A DNA stretch of 63,662 nucleotides, the filler included, from Octopus bimaculoides (taxonomy: Eukaryota): the NCBI RefSeq assembly GCF_001194135.2. It is 7 parts of 7 records of this genome, joined end to end, with 100 filler letters (N's around TTAATTAATTAA, not from the genome) between each part and the next. Parts side by side here need not be neighbours in the genome. Positions count along the whole stretch, not along the records: positions 35,031 to 53,239 come from NC_069003.1; 6 more parts are not named here. One strand, 5' to 3'. The notes beneath the pieces were generated by a model. It was not told the DNA's origin. It saw only the letters and a program-made list of their open reading frames with translations, and did no database searches. The stretch's first letter is position 1, and each line of letters opens with the position of its first letter. A program made the translations under genes and the position numbers. Below are positions 37,290-48,415 of the stretch, piece after piece.

Positions 37290-37755
37290 TCATTTATTTG
37301 CCACAAGAGCGAAGAATAAAGGGGACAATGCAAGAACTGACATAAAGTGTGGGGGTTTACATATATTGAAATAATGATGAAAGAAGAAAAAAGTATGTAT
37401 GCACGATATACACCGAAAAAGAAGACCCATATACATAGTATACAAAAAGGGCCATATACATAATTTACAAAAAGGGCCATATAGATAGTATACAAATAGT
37501 GTATAAAAAAGTAGGGAGGATGATAGAGATATAGCTCCTCTGATAGAGGAGGACCTCGTGAGATAATAGCGGGACCCCACTGTCCGAGATTTCCTTGAAC
37601 ACCAAGAGCAAGCATTCTCTCCGACTTACAGCTCTGCCTACACTGAAAGAGGTACCATCCCACACTGTTGCCATGGTCGCAACATTCACCCAGCTTTCAA
37701 TAAACTCACTCGAGGTCACCACTTCCCTTTCCATTCTCAATTTCCATTCACAGGG
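37290..37755 (-). mobile_element. Second Tx1/L1-like LINE 3' end
   Basis: MEREVVTSSEFIESWVNVATMA parallels IERKVLSNESFNKKWVNVARM of 5970-6254. The 3' UTR has about 26-bp tandem repeats and ends in the (CAT)/(TAT)n tract. Confidence 0.6.
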
Positions 37756-37995
37756 TCAGCAATTTCGAGGCAGAAAACTAAGTCGATTACATCGACCCCA
37801 GTACTTTACTAGTACTTCATTTTATCATAACCAAAAAGATGAACAGTAAGGTTGACCAAGCAGGATTTCAACTCAGATGCGAACTTTGCCTGTCACCCTT
37901 TCAGGGTCGGTGAAATAAAATAGAAGTCACGTATCGGTGTCGGTGGTGTCCGCTAACCTCCTTTCCTCAAAACTGCTGGCCTTGGGCTTAAATTA
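37753..37995. mobile_element. Two oppositely oriented SINE-A fragments
   Basis: AAGTCGATTACATCGACCCCAG (-) followed by GAACTTTGCCTGTCACCCTTTC (+). Confidence 0.6.
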
Positions 37996-38121
37996 GAAAC
38001 TAGCACTTAATTCCAACATTGGTATAAAACCACGATTGGTAAGAGGATTCTTAGCAATGCAATTCCCTTCAATGCTTTACAGTTTACTGTTTTGAATAAC
38101 AAGCGGTATATCATTATCGAT

Positions 38122-38657
38122 AGATTAGTAATCAGCGCTAATGCCCAGTTAAATGATCTTTGAACCCTGTTATGTCACATATAGTTTCCTCGCTTTTTTT
38201 AACAAAGCAATGACAACGCTGTGTGTCACGTAATGAAATACGTTTAACTATACCCTCTTAAAAAATGATAACTTGGCTGAATCTTAATTTCGTTATTATA
38301 TATTTAAAAAAACAGTATATCGTCACTTATACAATAATGGTTTCAAATTTGGTGCAAGGATGTGGCGATCATATCTAACTGGTACTTAGATGTTTTGCAA
38401 ACAACTTGCACGAGAACTCCACATACCGGAAGCCAGCAAGTGTATAGGGTCATCGGGAGAGAATGCGCGCCGTCTTGGTGACTGCTTCTCGACGGCGTCA
38501 ATGCGCCCCGCCCCTCATTGACATGAGGCCCCGCTTGCTAGATCAATTGGATGAAGAAAGATTAGTCATCAGCGTTTATGCCCAGTTATATGATCTTTAG
38601 ACTCTGTTACGTCACATATAGTTTCCTCGCTTTTTTTAACAAAACAATACCAACGCT
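38122..38657. repeat. About 99-bp direct repeat pair (38122-38220 and 38559-38657)
   Basis: AGATTAGT.ATCAGCG...GTCACATATAGTTTCCTCGCTTTTTTTAACAAA.CAAT..CAACGCT in both copies. Confidence 0.9.
38421..38550 (-). promoter_or_regulatory. Candidate CpG-rich promoter and first exon
   Basis: Minus strand order: CCAAT (38546-38550), GGGGCGGGG (38506-38514), TGACG, ATG at 38453 (MTLYTCWLP), donor CCG|GTATGT (38421-38426). Confidence 0.35.
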
Positions 38658-38975
38658 TGAAAGGATGAAGAGCAAAGTCGAGCTCGGTGAGATTTGAACT
38701 CAGAACATAAAGATGGACGAAATACTGCTAGGCATTTATGCCCGGCGTACTAACGATTCTGCCAGCTCACCGCCTTAATAACTATAGTTTCCGATTTTGG
38801 CACAAGGCCAGCAATTTAGGGGGATGGAGTAAGTCGATTACATCGACCCCAGTGTTCAACTGGTACTTATTTTATCGATCCTGAAAGGATAAAAGGGATT
38901 GTCGATCTCAGCGGAATTTGAACTCAGAACGTAACGACGGGCGAAATACCGCTAAGCATTTCGTCCGGCGCTCTA
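38658..38975 (-). mobile_element. Two tandem SINE family A copies
   Basis: ATTTGAACTCAGAAC...GAAATAC.GCTA.GCATTT occurs twice. Confidence 0.85.
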
Positions 38976-39089
38976 AAGAAGAAGAAGAAGAAGAAGAAGA
39001 AGAAGAAGAAGAAGAAGAAGAAGAAGAAGAAGAAGAAGAAGAAGAAGAAGAAGAAGAAGAAGAAGAAGAAGAAGAAGAAGAAGAAGAAG
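38976..39089. repeat. (GAA)n microsatellite
   Basis: Read directly. Confidence 0.95.
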
Positions 39090-39109
39090 ACTCTGTGAGA
39101 CTTTGTGTC

Positions 39110-39412
39110 TTTAAGTATGAGATCATGGAGAACCACACTGACTTTGAAGAGTGACAATGAATCGCTGAATGCTGGGAATGTAAGAATTTCATGTGGCATT
39201 TTCCAGGGTGACTCATTATCACCACACCTCTTTTGTCTGGCTTTAATAACTCTCTCGAAATTGTTCGAGGATGTACAATATGGCAATAAAATGTTTAATA
39301 AAAATATAAATCATCTCTTTTACATGGATGATTTAAAGCTCTCTTACTAGCAATTGTTAAACAATTCAGTGATGACATCAGAATGCAATTTGACCTCGAT
39401 AAATGTGCAAAA
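39110..39412 (+). mobile_element. R4/Dong-like RT fragment, domains 4-6
   Basis: MRSWRTTL...GIFQGDSLSPHLFCLAL...[12 protein letters not shown], then [17 protein letters not shown]. Confidence 0.9.
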
Positions 39413-39760
39413 GGATCTAGGGAGAGTTCTCGGGGTACCAAGGATCACCTGGTCATCGATAAAACAGTTTTGTGGCATTGTAAAAAACATCATACAAACA
39501 CGTCTATGGCTTGGATTGACTTTAAGAAGGCATATGATATAATGCCTCATTCTTGGGTCGTTGAATGCCTGCAGATGTTTGGTATTGCTGGCAACATCAC
39601 AAATTTTTTTATGCATAGCATGAAAGAGTGGAAAACCAAATTGTACTCAAGTAATGTATCCCTTGGAGAAGTTAATATTAAAAGGGGTATCTTCCAAGGT
39701 GACTCGTTTTCTCCCTTACTTTTTGTAATTGTACTAATACCCATAACAATGATATTAACC
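39413..39760 (+). mobile_element. Second R4/Dong-like RT fragment, domains 2-4
   Basis: [12 protein letters not shown]...[17 protein letters not shown]...[19 protein letters not shown]. Confidence 0.9.
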
Positions 39761-40287
39761 TGTGTTACACATAATTCTAATTTACTTAGCCCTAGCAACA
39801 ACCACATTTTACAAAGATCTCATAAACAGTTAATGTGACCTTTAGAGCCTAATTATATAAAGATACGTAATACTTCAGTTTTCTTTTTCTTCTTTGCTTT
39901 TTTTTAGTACAACTAATCTAAAACTAATTTTGTTCTGGTATCTCTTGAGATAAGAGATCTAGAATTGCATCATGTAAATTCCATATTTCTAGGGATTTTG
40001 CTTTTGCTAGGGATGGTTAGGATTTACATCGATTTTGCAAGTATTTTTTTCCCCCAGACTTCACTCTGAACAAAAGTACTCATGCCCCATGTAAATTCCA
40101 CGCTCCTCACAACCCGCTCCTCTCACCTTTGATATCAACAGAAACGAAGACTTCCAACTGCCATGTAGAGGCGGCGGACAATGGGCAAACATATTTGCAT
40201 ACAAAGAAAGTTGACCTTATCTCTATGTTGACCTATGCGTTATTGCTTTCATTGAGTCAGTCTATAGGCACGGAATTATATATGTGA

Positions 40288-40352
40288 GAGCCTTGCACAA
40301 AAAGAATACCAGCGCCGCCACGATAAAGTGCGTGTGTATCTTCATTGGCTTT
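40288..40352 (+). mobile_element. Short REL-LINE fragment
   Basis: CESLAQKEYQRRHDKVRVYLHWLL (RHD motif following the zinc knuckle). Confidence 0.65.
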
Positions 40353-40463
40353 TGAACATGGAAGTCCGAATAACCACTACTTCAGATAAAAACTACTGAC
40401 TAATTCGGAAGCTGTATCGCTGTGAAACAAAATCGACATAATCGGTAAAGTGAGAGACTAATA

Positions 40464-40502
<39 letters not shown>

Positions 40503-41975
40503 TATATATATATATATATACATACATATATGCATGTATATATATATATATATAGATTAAGTAAATAGTCGACATGAAATAACTTGCAGCATTTCTTCTA
40601 TTGTTCGGTCTGACATTATAGTTAACANNNNNNNNNNNNNNNNNNNNNNNNNNNNNNNNNNNNNNNNNNNNNNNNNNNNNNNNNNNNNNNNNNNNNNNNN
40701 NNNNNNNNNNNNNNNNNNNNNNNNNNNNNNNNNNNNNNNNNNNNNNNNNNNNNNNNNNNNNNNNNNNNNNNNNNNNNNNNNNNNNNNNNNNNNNNNNNNN
40801 NNNNNNNNNNNNNNNNNNNNNNNNNNNNNNNNNNNNNNNNNNNNNNNNNNNNNNNNNNNNNNNNNNNNNNNNNNNNNNNNNNNNNNNNNNNNNNNNNNNN
40901 NNNNNNNNNNNNNNNNNNNNNNNNNNNNNNNNNNNNNNNNNNNNNNNNNNNNNNNNNNNNNNNNNNNNNNNNNNNNNNNNNNNNNNNNNNNNNNNNNNNN
41001 NNNNNNNNNNNNNNNNNNNNNNNNNNNNNNNNNNNNNNNNNNNNNNNNNNNNNNNNNNNNNNNNNNNNNNNNNNNNNNNNNNNNNNNNNNNNNNNNNNNN
41101 NNNNNNNNNNNNNNNNNNNNNNNNNNNNNNNNNNNNNNNNNNNNNNNNNNNNNNNNNNNNNNNNNNNNNNNNNNNNNNNNNNNNNNNNNNNNNNNNNNNN
41201 NNNNNNNNNNNNNNNNNNNNNNNNNNNNNNNNNNNNNNNNNNNNNNNNNNNNNNNNNNNNNNNNNNNNNNNNNNNNNNNNNNNNNNNNNNNNNNNNNNNN
41301 NNNNNNNNNNNNNNNNNNNNNNNNNNNNNNNNNNNNNNNNNNNNNNNNNNNNNNNNNNNNNNNNNNNNNNNNNNNNNNNNNNNNNNNNNNNNNNNNNNNN
41401 NNNNNNNNNNNNNNNNNNNNNNNNNNNNNNNNNNNNNNNNNNNNNNNNNNNNNNNNNNNNNNNNNNNNNNNNNNNNNNNNNNNNNNNNNNNNNNNNNNNN
41501 NNNNNNNNNNNNNNNNNNNNNNNNNNAGAGAGAGAGAGAGAGAGAGAGAGATGTATATGTATACACATACATGTATATGTACACGTATATGTATAGATAT
41601 ATATATATAGATATAGATCTATATGCATACATGTATATGTATACATATGTGTAGATGTATATATATAGGTGTACATGTGTATCTATTCTTATAATACTTC
41701 CCTGTGTTTTAAAATAAATAAACATAATAGAATGTGTACCGGTTGATGTATGTCATTTTTGTATTCCGTCCATTTTCTTTTTTGCCGTATAAATTAAGTC
41801 TAAACCACTTTTTACCCTCCGCCCATATATGACGATTGCGAAATTGCCACGCAATAACAAGCAGTATATTGGATACATACTATCCCTTAGTTGGTTGACT
41901 TCCCAGCCTCTAACTTTCACGGAAAAAAAAAATATCTTCTCTATAATAACTATTACTTAAACATTTTCTTGCACC

Positions 41976-42023
41976 GTCTCTGATAAAGGGATTTGTAAAA
42001 TATCTCGGAAACAGCTATAAGAC
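41976..42023 (+). ncRNA. Minimal type I hammerhead motif, mutated
   Basis: Stem I GTCT/AGAC, core CTGATAA (G8A), stem II GGGAT/ATCTC, GAAA, CAGCTA (palindrome CAGCTG mutated), TA site. Confidence 0.6.
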
Positions 42024-43074
42024 CTTCTCTTTATAAATGTTCTGAAAACTAGTCACAGCTTTGGATTTTTTATCTCATTCTGTTAACTTATATATATATA
42101 TATATNNNNNNNNNNNNNNNNNNNNNNNNNNNNNNNNNNNNNNNNNNNNNNNNNNNNNNNNNNNNNNNNNNNNNNNNNNNNNNNNNNNNNNNNNNNNNNN
42201 NNNNNNNNNNNNNNNNNNNNNNNNNNNNNNNNNNNNNNNNNNNNNNNNNNNNNNNNNNNNNNNNNNNNNNNNNNNNNNNNNNNNNNNNNNNNNNNNNNNN
42301 NNNNNNNNNNNNNNNNNNNNNNNNNNNNNNNNNNNNNNNNNNNNNNNNNNNNNNNNNNNNNNNNNNNNNNNNNNNNNNNNNNNNNNNNNNNNNNNNNNNN
42401 NNNNNNNNNNNNNNNNNNNNNNNNNNNNNNNNNNNNNNNNNNNNNNNNNNNNNNNNNNNNNNNNNNNNNNNNNNNNNNNNNNNNNNNNNNNNNNNNNNNN
42501 NNNNNNNNNNNNNNNNNNNNNNNNNNNNNNNNNNNNNNNNNNNNNNNNNNNNNNNNNNNNNNNNNNNNNNNNNNNNNNNNNNNNNNNNNNNNNNNNNNNN
42601 NNNNNNNNNNNNNNNNNNNNNNNNNNNNNNNNNNNNNNNNNNNNNNNNNNNNNNNNNNNNNNNNNNNNNNNNNNNNNNNNNNNNNNNNNNNNNNNNNNNN
42701 NNNNNNNNNNNNNNNNNNNNNNNNNNNNNNNNNNNNNNNNNNNNNNNNNNNNNNNNNNNNNNNNNNNNNNNNNNNNNNNNNNNNNNNNNNNNNNNNNNNN
42801 NNNNNNNNNNNNNNNNNNNNNNNNNNNNNNNNNNNNNNNNNNNNNNNNNNNNNNNNNNNNNNNNNNNNNNNNNNNNNNNNNNNNNNNNNNNNNNNNNNNN
42901 NNNNNNNNNNNNNNNNNNNNNNNNNNNNNNNNNNNNNNNNNNNNNNNNNNNNNNNNNNNNNNNNNNNNNNNNNNNNNNNNNNNNNNNNNNNNNNNNNNNN
43001 TATTCAATTCTTCCTGGAGTTTTTATGTTGAAATTGAGTGTTTTTTTACTCTTCTTTTTACTGTTTTTTCTTCT

Positions 43075-43335
43075 TTCTAAAAGATATTCAGTCGTGGTTT
43101 ATATTTTTTAATCAGTTTTCCTTATTTAAATGGAATCGGGTTGAAGTGTTTCCAGTGCATTGATAGAGAGGAAAGATATGGTATTTAGGGTTTTTGTCTA
43201 CGGAGCATTGGTCTAGGTGCTGGCTAACGGAAATTTTCCTAGTTATGGGGTCCGGATTTGCTGTCTGTGCACCGTAAGTCTATCCCTCAAAGTTAAGCTT
43301 GTTTGACCGATGTAGTCTCCACCACAACCTCCGCA
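43075..43335 (-). mobile_element. Penelope-like GIY-YIG endonuclease fragment
   Basis: Minus strand: GGCGGDYIGQTSLTLRDRLTVHRQQIRTP, then a frameshift to RKISVSQHLDQC...HIFPLYQC. Confidence 0.8.
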
Positions 43336-43533
43336 TTTTAGAACATAGATTAAGAGCATAGATTAAAAGCATAGATTACACAGAATACGTTTGTATTCTG
43401 TGTAATTTGTCTCTGTCTGTATAAATATCTATGCATTTATACTTAAATATTTATCGTCTGAAAGTCTCCGGTTTTTGCTTTCTCTCGTTTTGCATGTGTA
43501 CATATAGACATATTTTGTATTTCATACACAAAC

Positions 43534-43590
43534 TGGGACTGAACCCGGAACCATGTGGTTCGGAAGCAGGCTTCTTACCACACAGCCACG
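43534..43590 (-). mobile_element. SINE family B head fragment
   Basis: GGGACTGAACCCGGAACCATGTGG...CCACACAGCCAC. Confidence 0.75.
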
Positions 43591-43722
43591 TGCATACGTA
43601 CATACATAGATAAATGCATGTATAAATGCACGCACATACACACATACACATACACACGTTCGTTAAATGTCTCACTAAGCTAGTCTAGAATGTTTCTACA
43701 TTGAAAGAGTATCCTTCTCGAG

Positions 43723-43937
43723 TCATAAAGGCACACAGGGTCGGTTTCCTGGTTTCTAAGGCGCAGATATTTCCCCCTTGGACGCAAGATTACTTGCTTT
43801 TACCAGCTTAGCGAACTGAAGTAACATAAAATGAAGAGTCTCGCTCAAGAACACAACACACAGTCCGGCCCAGAAACCGAAACCACAATCTTACGATCAT
43901 GAGTCTAACACGCTAACCACTAAGCCACGCGCCTCCG
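43723..43937 (-). mobile_element. tRNA-derived SINE family C
   Basis: Reverse-complement head GGAGGCGCGTGGCTTAGTGGTTAGCGTGTTAGACTCATGATCGTAAGATTGTGGTTTCG. Confidence 0.85.
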
Positions 43938-44545
43938 CATGGAAAGGTGATTCATAATTCTGTTCAGAGAGTATGTTCATAATCAGACCCTGGTGTAGAG
44001 AGTATGATATGCACCTTAGCAGGTTGTCTCTAAATTCCCATGAGGTTCCGATCGGTAATGGTTCATAATTTCGCCATTTGTCATAAATAATTATTACATA
44101 AGTACATCGCCGATAATAAGTTAATTTTTAAACAATCTATATTTTTTACTTCAACCTTAGATATACGTTTTTCTATATTTACGGTTGGAACATGCCTAGA
44201 CTAGTCCCTTATCTACTGCTATGAAAAATACACAAAATAATATCTCTCATCGATTAATAACTACACTGTCTTATTGTAAGCCGTTGTTTCAAGCGTTAGA
44301 TATGCTTTTGACCTAATTATACACGAAAACGGACTCAGCTTCTCTCGTTTGCCAACCTAATGATGAATAGATCCTGTCAAGCATACCATCACTATCATAG
44401 GTATGTGGATATATAGTTCATTTTATAGATATCTGTATGAGTAACAATATATCGTATATATGTACTTCGTTTAGCCCCGTTTTACAACAAACAATCCAGA
44501 TACACTAAAAGTTGAGTAGATATAATCCGGCTGATGAAAACAATG

Positions 44546-44601
<56 letters not shown>

Positions 44602-44711
44602 TGCATAATACATACATACATACATACATACATACATACATACACGTCTACATACATACATATATGCGTATTTGTGTATGTATGTGTGTGTATGTAAATA
44701 TATAAATAGTT

Positions 44712-44840
44712 GAAATTTACAGAAAAACAAAAGACGAAGACAAGTGTATAAACAACAAGCAGGTGTATTAGTTTAACGCTCGGGAAAAATGAGTAAGTCT
44801 TTTACGTTTCGAGCCTATGCTCTTCAACAGAAAAGAAAAA
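44712..44840 (-). mobile_element. PLE-type tail, same family as 842-1105
   Basis: Direct sequence similarity. Confidence 0.75.
44799..44834 (-). ncRNA. Minimal type I hammerhead motif, CUGUUGA core
   Basis: Minus strand: TTTT-CTGTTGA-A-GAGC-ATAG-GCTC-GAAA-CG-TA-AAAG. Confidence 0.6.
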
Positions 44841-45136
44841 TGTGGGACCATCACTGCAGTGCAATGCCGAATCTCGGTCGAAACTTCTATTATTTGTGCT
44901 TCTAATACTAGAAAAATAACATGAGCATTATCATAGCTAATACTCGCAATTACATAATTAATATTCACGCCTAATTATTTAATGCATTCGTTTACATATT
45001 TAAATACTCATATTGACTGCCATATGTTTATTCTATTTATTACTCGATTCCTTCCCGAAACCGATTTCGTATATTTGCCCTCAACAAATATTTCATTGAT
45101 AATATTTCTTGTCTTCTTTCTGCCCCCGCGACACAG

Positions 45137-45304
45137 GTAGTTGATAACAAGCTATTCACGGGATCTTTTGACGGCACACTTAATATATGGAACATCAAGG
45201 GTGTGGCCGACGAGATCAACTACAACACCATCATGGAGGAAGACGACAACAACGAGAAGACCCAGATGCAGATGGAAGAGATTGAAAAAATTGGCGGATT
45301 ATAA
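45137..45304 (+). CDS. Terminal coding exon of a WD40-repeat protein, WDR86-like
   Basis: Pyrimidine tract and ACAG acceptor (45135-45136); phase-0 exon VVDNKLFTGSFDGTLNIWNIKGVADEINYNTIMEEDDNNEKTQMQMEEIEKIGGL*. The WD40 end matches the pattern of the last WDR86 repeat (recalled, not searched). Confidence 0.8.
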   Translation, partial: VVDNKLFTGSFDGTLNIWNIKGVADEINYNTIMEEDDNNEKTQMQMEEIEKIGGL

Positions 45305-45468
45305 AACGTTCTGTAAACCAATAATATCGACTGTGTACGACGACGACTTCATATACAACCTTTACGGACTGTAGTTAGTGAATTTATTTATCATTCTACA
45401 AATGTTGATTTTAAATCCAACTCTACACTTAAGGCATCAACTATTAACCACTATTTACATTCTGAAAC

Positions 45469-45474
45469 AATAAA
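45469..45474 (+). terminator. Candidate polyadenylation signal
   Basis: AATAAA 165 nt after the stop codon of the WD40 exon. Confidence 0.45.
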
Positions 45475-45693
45475 CACATTCATATATATAAATTATTTGG
45501 CATTAAACATGACAAGGCATTAAATACTGGCTTAACTTAGATTAACGTCATTTGATGGACCACTCTACACTTTACACGGTAAATAATTCATTTAAACATG
45601 AACGGGCTTTGCTTTAAGCTCACTTTATGAAAAGATTTTCTGATTGAATTTACACTTGATTTTACAGACTTTTATTTATGATAATATATATTA

Positions 45694-45748
<55 letters not shown>

Positions 45749-47330
45749 NNNNNNNNNNNNNNNNNNNNNNNNNNNNNNNNNNNNNNNNNNNNNNNNNNNN
45801 NNNNNNNNNNNNNNNNNNNNNNNNNNNNNNNNNNNNNNNNNNNNNNNNNNNNNNNNNNNNNNNNNNNNNNNNNNNNNNNNNNNNNNNNNNNNNNNNNNNN
45901 NNNNNNNNNNNNNNNNNNNNNNNNNNNNNNNNNNNNNNNNNNNNNNNNNNNNNNNNNNNNNNNNNNNNNNNNNNNNNNNNNNNNNNNNNNNNNNNNNNNN
46001 NNNNNNNNNNNNNNNNNNNNNNNNNNNNNNNNNNNNNNNNNNNNNNNNNNNNNNNNNNNNNNNNNNNNNNNNNNNNNNNNNNNNTATATATATATATATA
46101 TATATATATGGGCAAATATTTATCCATATCAATTTCTTTATCTAATCCTCCGCACTTTTTATTCACCGTATGTTCCACAAACATTCTCTCTGCCACATGT
46201 GATCCACTCTACATCTTCACAGTAAATACAAGTATCACTTGAGGCTGCGATTGCTTCAGTCTCTTATATGTTCGTGATAGAATATAGAATGTGGCCGATT
46301 CGCCATCCTGGAAGCAACTACTGCAGGTTTCTTGCTCCAATCGAAGTCGGCGACCCATGCCAGCATTTCATAAAATATGACCGATGCAACTGCTGCTTTT
46401 TCTGGTGCACTGCATTGATCTCAACCAAGAGAGCACATATCGATGCTCAATGCAGTGTTGTTGATTTTTCATCGAGTGTATATGCCTACAAAGATGATCT
46501 ATAGATGAAAGTCAATCAGAAGTACGATGACACGCTCCATTGCATTTACAGAAAGACAGAGCCGGGTTTCATTCCCAGCGAATACTTACTTTTAGGTAAC
46601 ATTATATAGGGTTTGTGTTGGCATAAATCTAATCTAAAATTCATACATATAACAACTCTTTAACTCTAAACCCATGCATGTGGTCATTCTTGAATACTTG
46701 CAGTAATTTTAAAATTAGAAACCATACATTAAAACCATACATTAAAACCATACATTAAAAGCCGTTTAAATTAAGTGTATACGTGTAATAATTCTTTATC
46801 TTAAATATATACAACATGTGGTAATTTTTAAATTTAGCCCTATACATGTAACAATTCTAATTTAAATCTGTGCAACAAGTCATCTTTATTTAGACAGTGA
46901 CCTTCACCCAACTCTATCTTTAGCCATGACAATTTAATGTAACCATCGGAAAGATCTGTCATATAGAACAGTATTTCCGAACGTATTTTCCTTCAGATCC
47001 GAATATAACTATAATAATATATAATTTCAGAAAAATAATATATAATTTCAGAAAAATGAATACCCCACCAGTAGTTGGAAAAAAACTTTATTTTTTTATA
47101 TCTTATCACAATTATTTAATATAAAAGAATCTACCGGTAACTCTTTTAGTAAGTAGTGAGTACAAACAAAAAATAGTACTTTATTGAATAAAGGAAAAGA
47201 AAGATTTTCACAATTCCATGCCCCACTAAAAAAAGAAAAGAATTGGACTCCACCGCAATTTTCCCTGGCCCCACCGATGGGGCATATGTCCTGCGTTGGG
47301 AATCACTGATATAGAATATCAATAGAATAA

Positions 47331-47553
47331 GGGAACGTGGTCTAACGATTAGGGTGTTGTACTCAGGATCTTGCGATCGTGGTTTCGGTTCCCGACCTAG
47401 GCGGTGCGTTGTACTCTCAAGCAAAACGCCTCATTTCATGTCAATGTATCCCACTCAGCTGTAAATGAGTAACACTGTGACGGACTGGCGTCCCGTCCAG
47501 GTGGAGTGCTGCGGCTTTGGTCAGTTGTACTCCATGGAAACTGAGTACAACGC
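47331..47553 (+). mobile_element. SINE family C
   Basis: TTAGGGTGTTGTACTCAGGATC...GGTTTCGGTTCC...CCACTCAGCTGTAAATGAGTA...CATGGAAACTG. Confidence 0.75.
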
Positions 47554-47726
47554 CCTAAACACTTGCTCACGCACCTTCATTTTCTCAAGAAAATGAGAAG
47601 ACCTCTAACTACAAGTAAATTCCTAGATTTCAAAAGATGTATATAAATTCTATTTTTCTAAACCAAACCATTTACTTATTGACTACTTATCACTACTTCG
47701 TCAAGTACAACGAAGAATCTGTTTCG

Positions 47727-47761
47727 ATGATGAGGTCTTAAGGAAACCGAAACATGTTCAT
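47727..47761 (+). ncRNA. Degenerate minimal hammerhead motif
   Basis: ATGATGA-GGT-CTTAAGGAA-ACC-GAAA-CATG-TT-CAT; C3 is altered and stem I is poor. Confidence 0.35.
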
Positions 47762-48025
47762 AGTTATTTCCCTTACTTGTAATATTATGTGAAAAGGAAG
47801 AGAACCTCCATGTTGTTTTCTTTTCCGTTGCTGCATTATTTTTATACTTAGCCTTTTAATGCTCCCAACGTCAAATATGTTGATATCAATTTAACTCTCC
47901 GACAGATGGCTCAGCTAGGATAGATAAGTTAGATTTTTTAAAAATAGCAGGCCAGATACGTAAATTGAAAAACGAAGAACGGAAGAAGCTCTGAGAATTG
48001 CTGTATTCTATCCTTATTGTTCTTT

Positions 48026-48062
<37 letters not shown>

Positions 48063-48415
48063 GTATCTCTGAAGACTAATGATGTATGATGATGTATGAC
48101 GGTGAATAACGACTAATGGACCATTACAGAAGCATTAACATGATTGGAGTAGACTGAACAATAATACTCTGATTGTTTTATTTTTATATATTGTTATTAT
48201 TAGCACTGTTGAGACGTCGAAGACTTGGTTTTTGAATTAACTTACAACACATTCCTGATAAGAAAATTAAAAAAACGCACATAAATTCACCCTGAGCCTT
48301 TATTTTATTATAAACAAGGAAAAGGAACGATGTTTATTTCGATAGTATGAAGGAGAACTGTAGGTGAGATCTGTCGAAAGTTTCCAGCAAATAGCCATAA
48401 GGTTTTGCTATTATA

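Noticed and set aside
38918-39154. Poly-Glu ORF
   Set aside because: It reads through a SINE, the (GAA)n tract and a LINE fragment.
46960-47000. Minus-strand CTGAAGG...GGAAATAC as a hammerhead
   Set aside because: The core is incomplete and there is no valid cleavage site or stem I.
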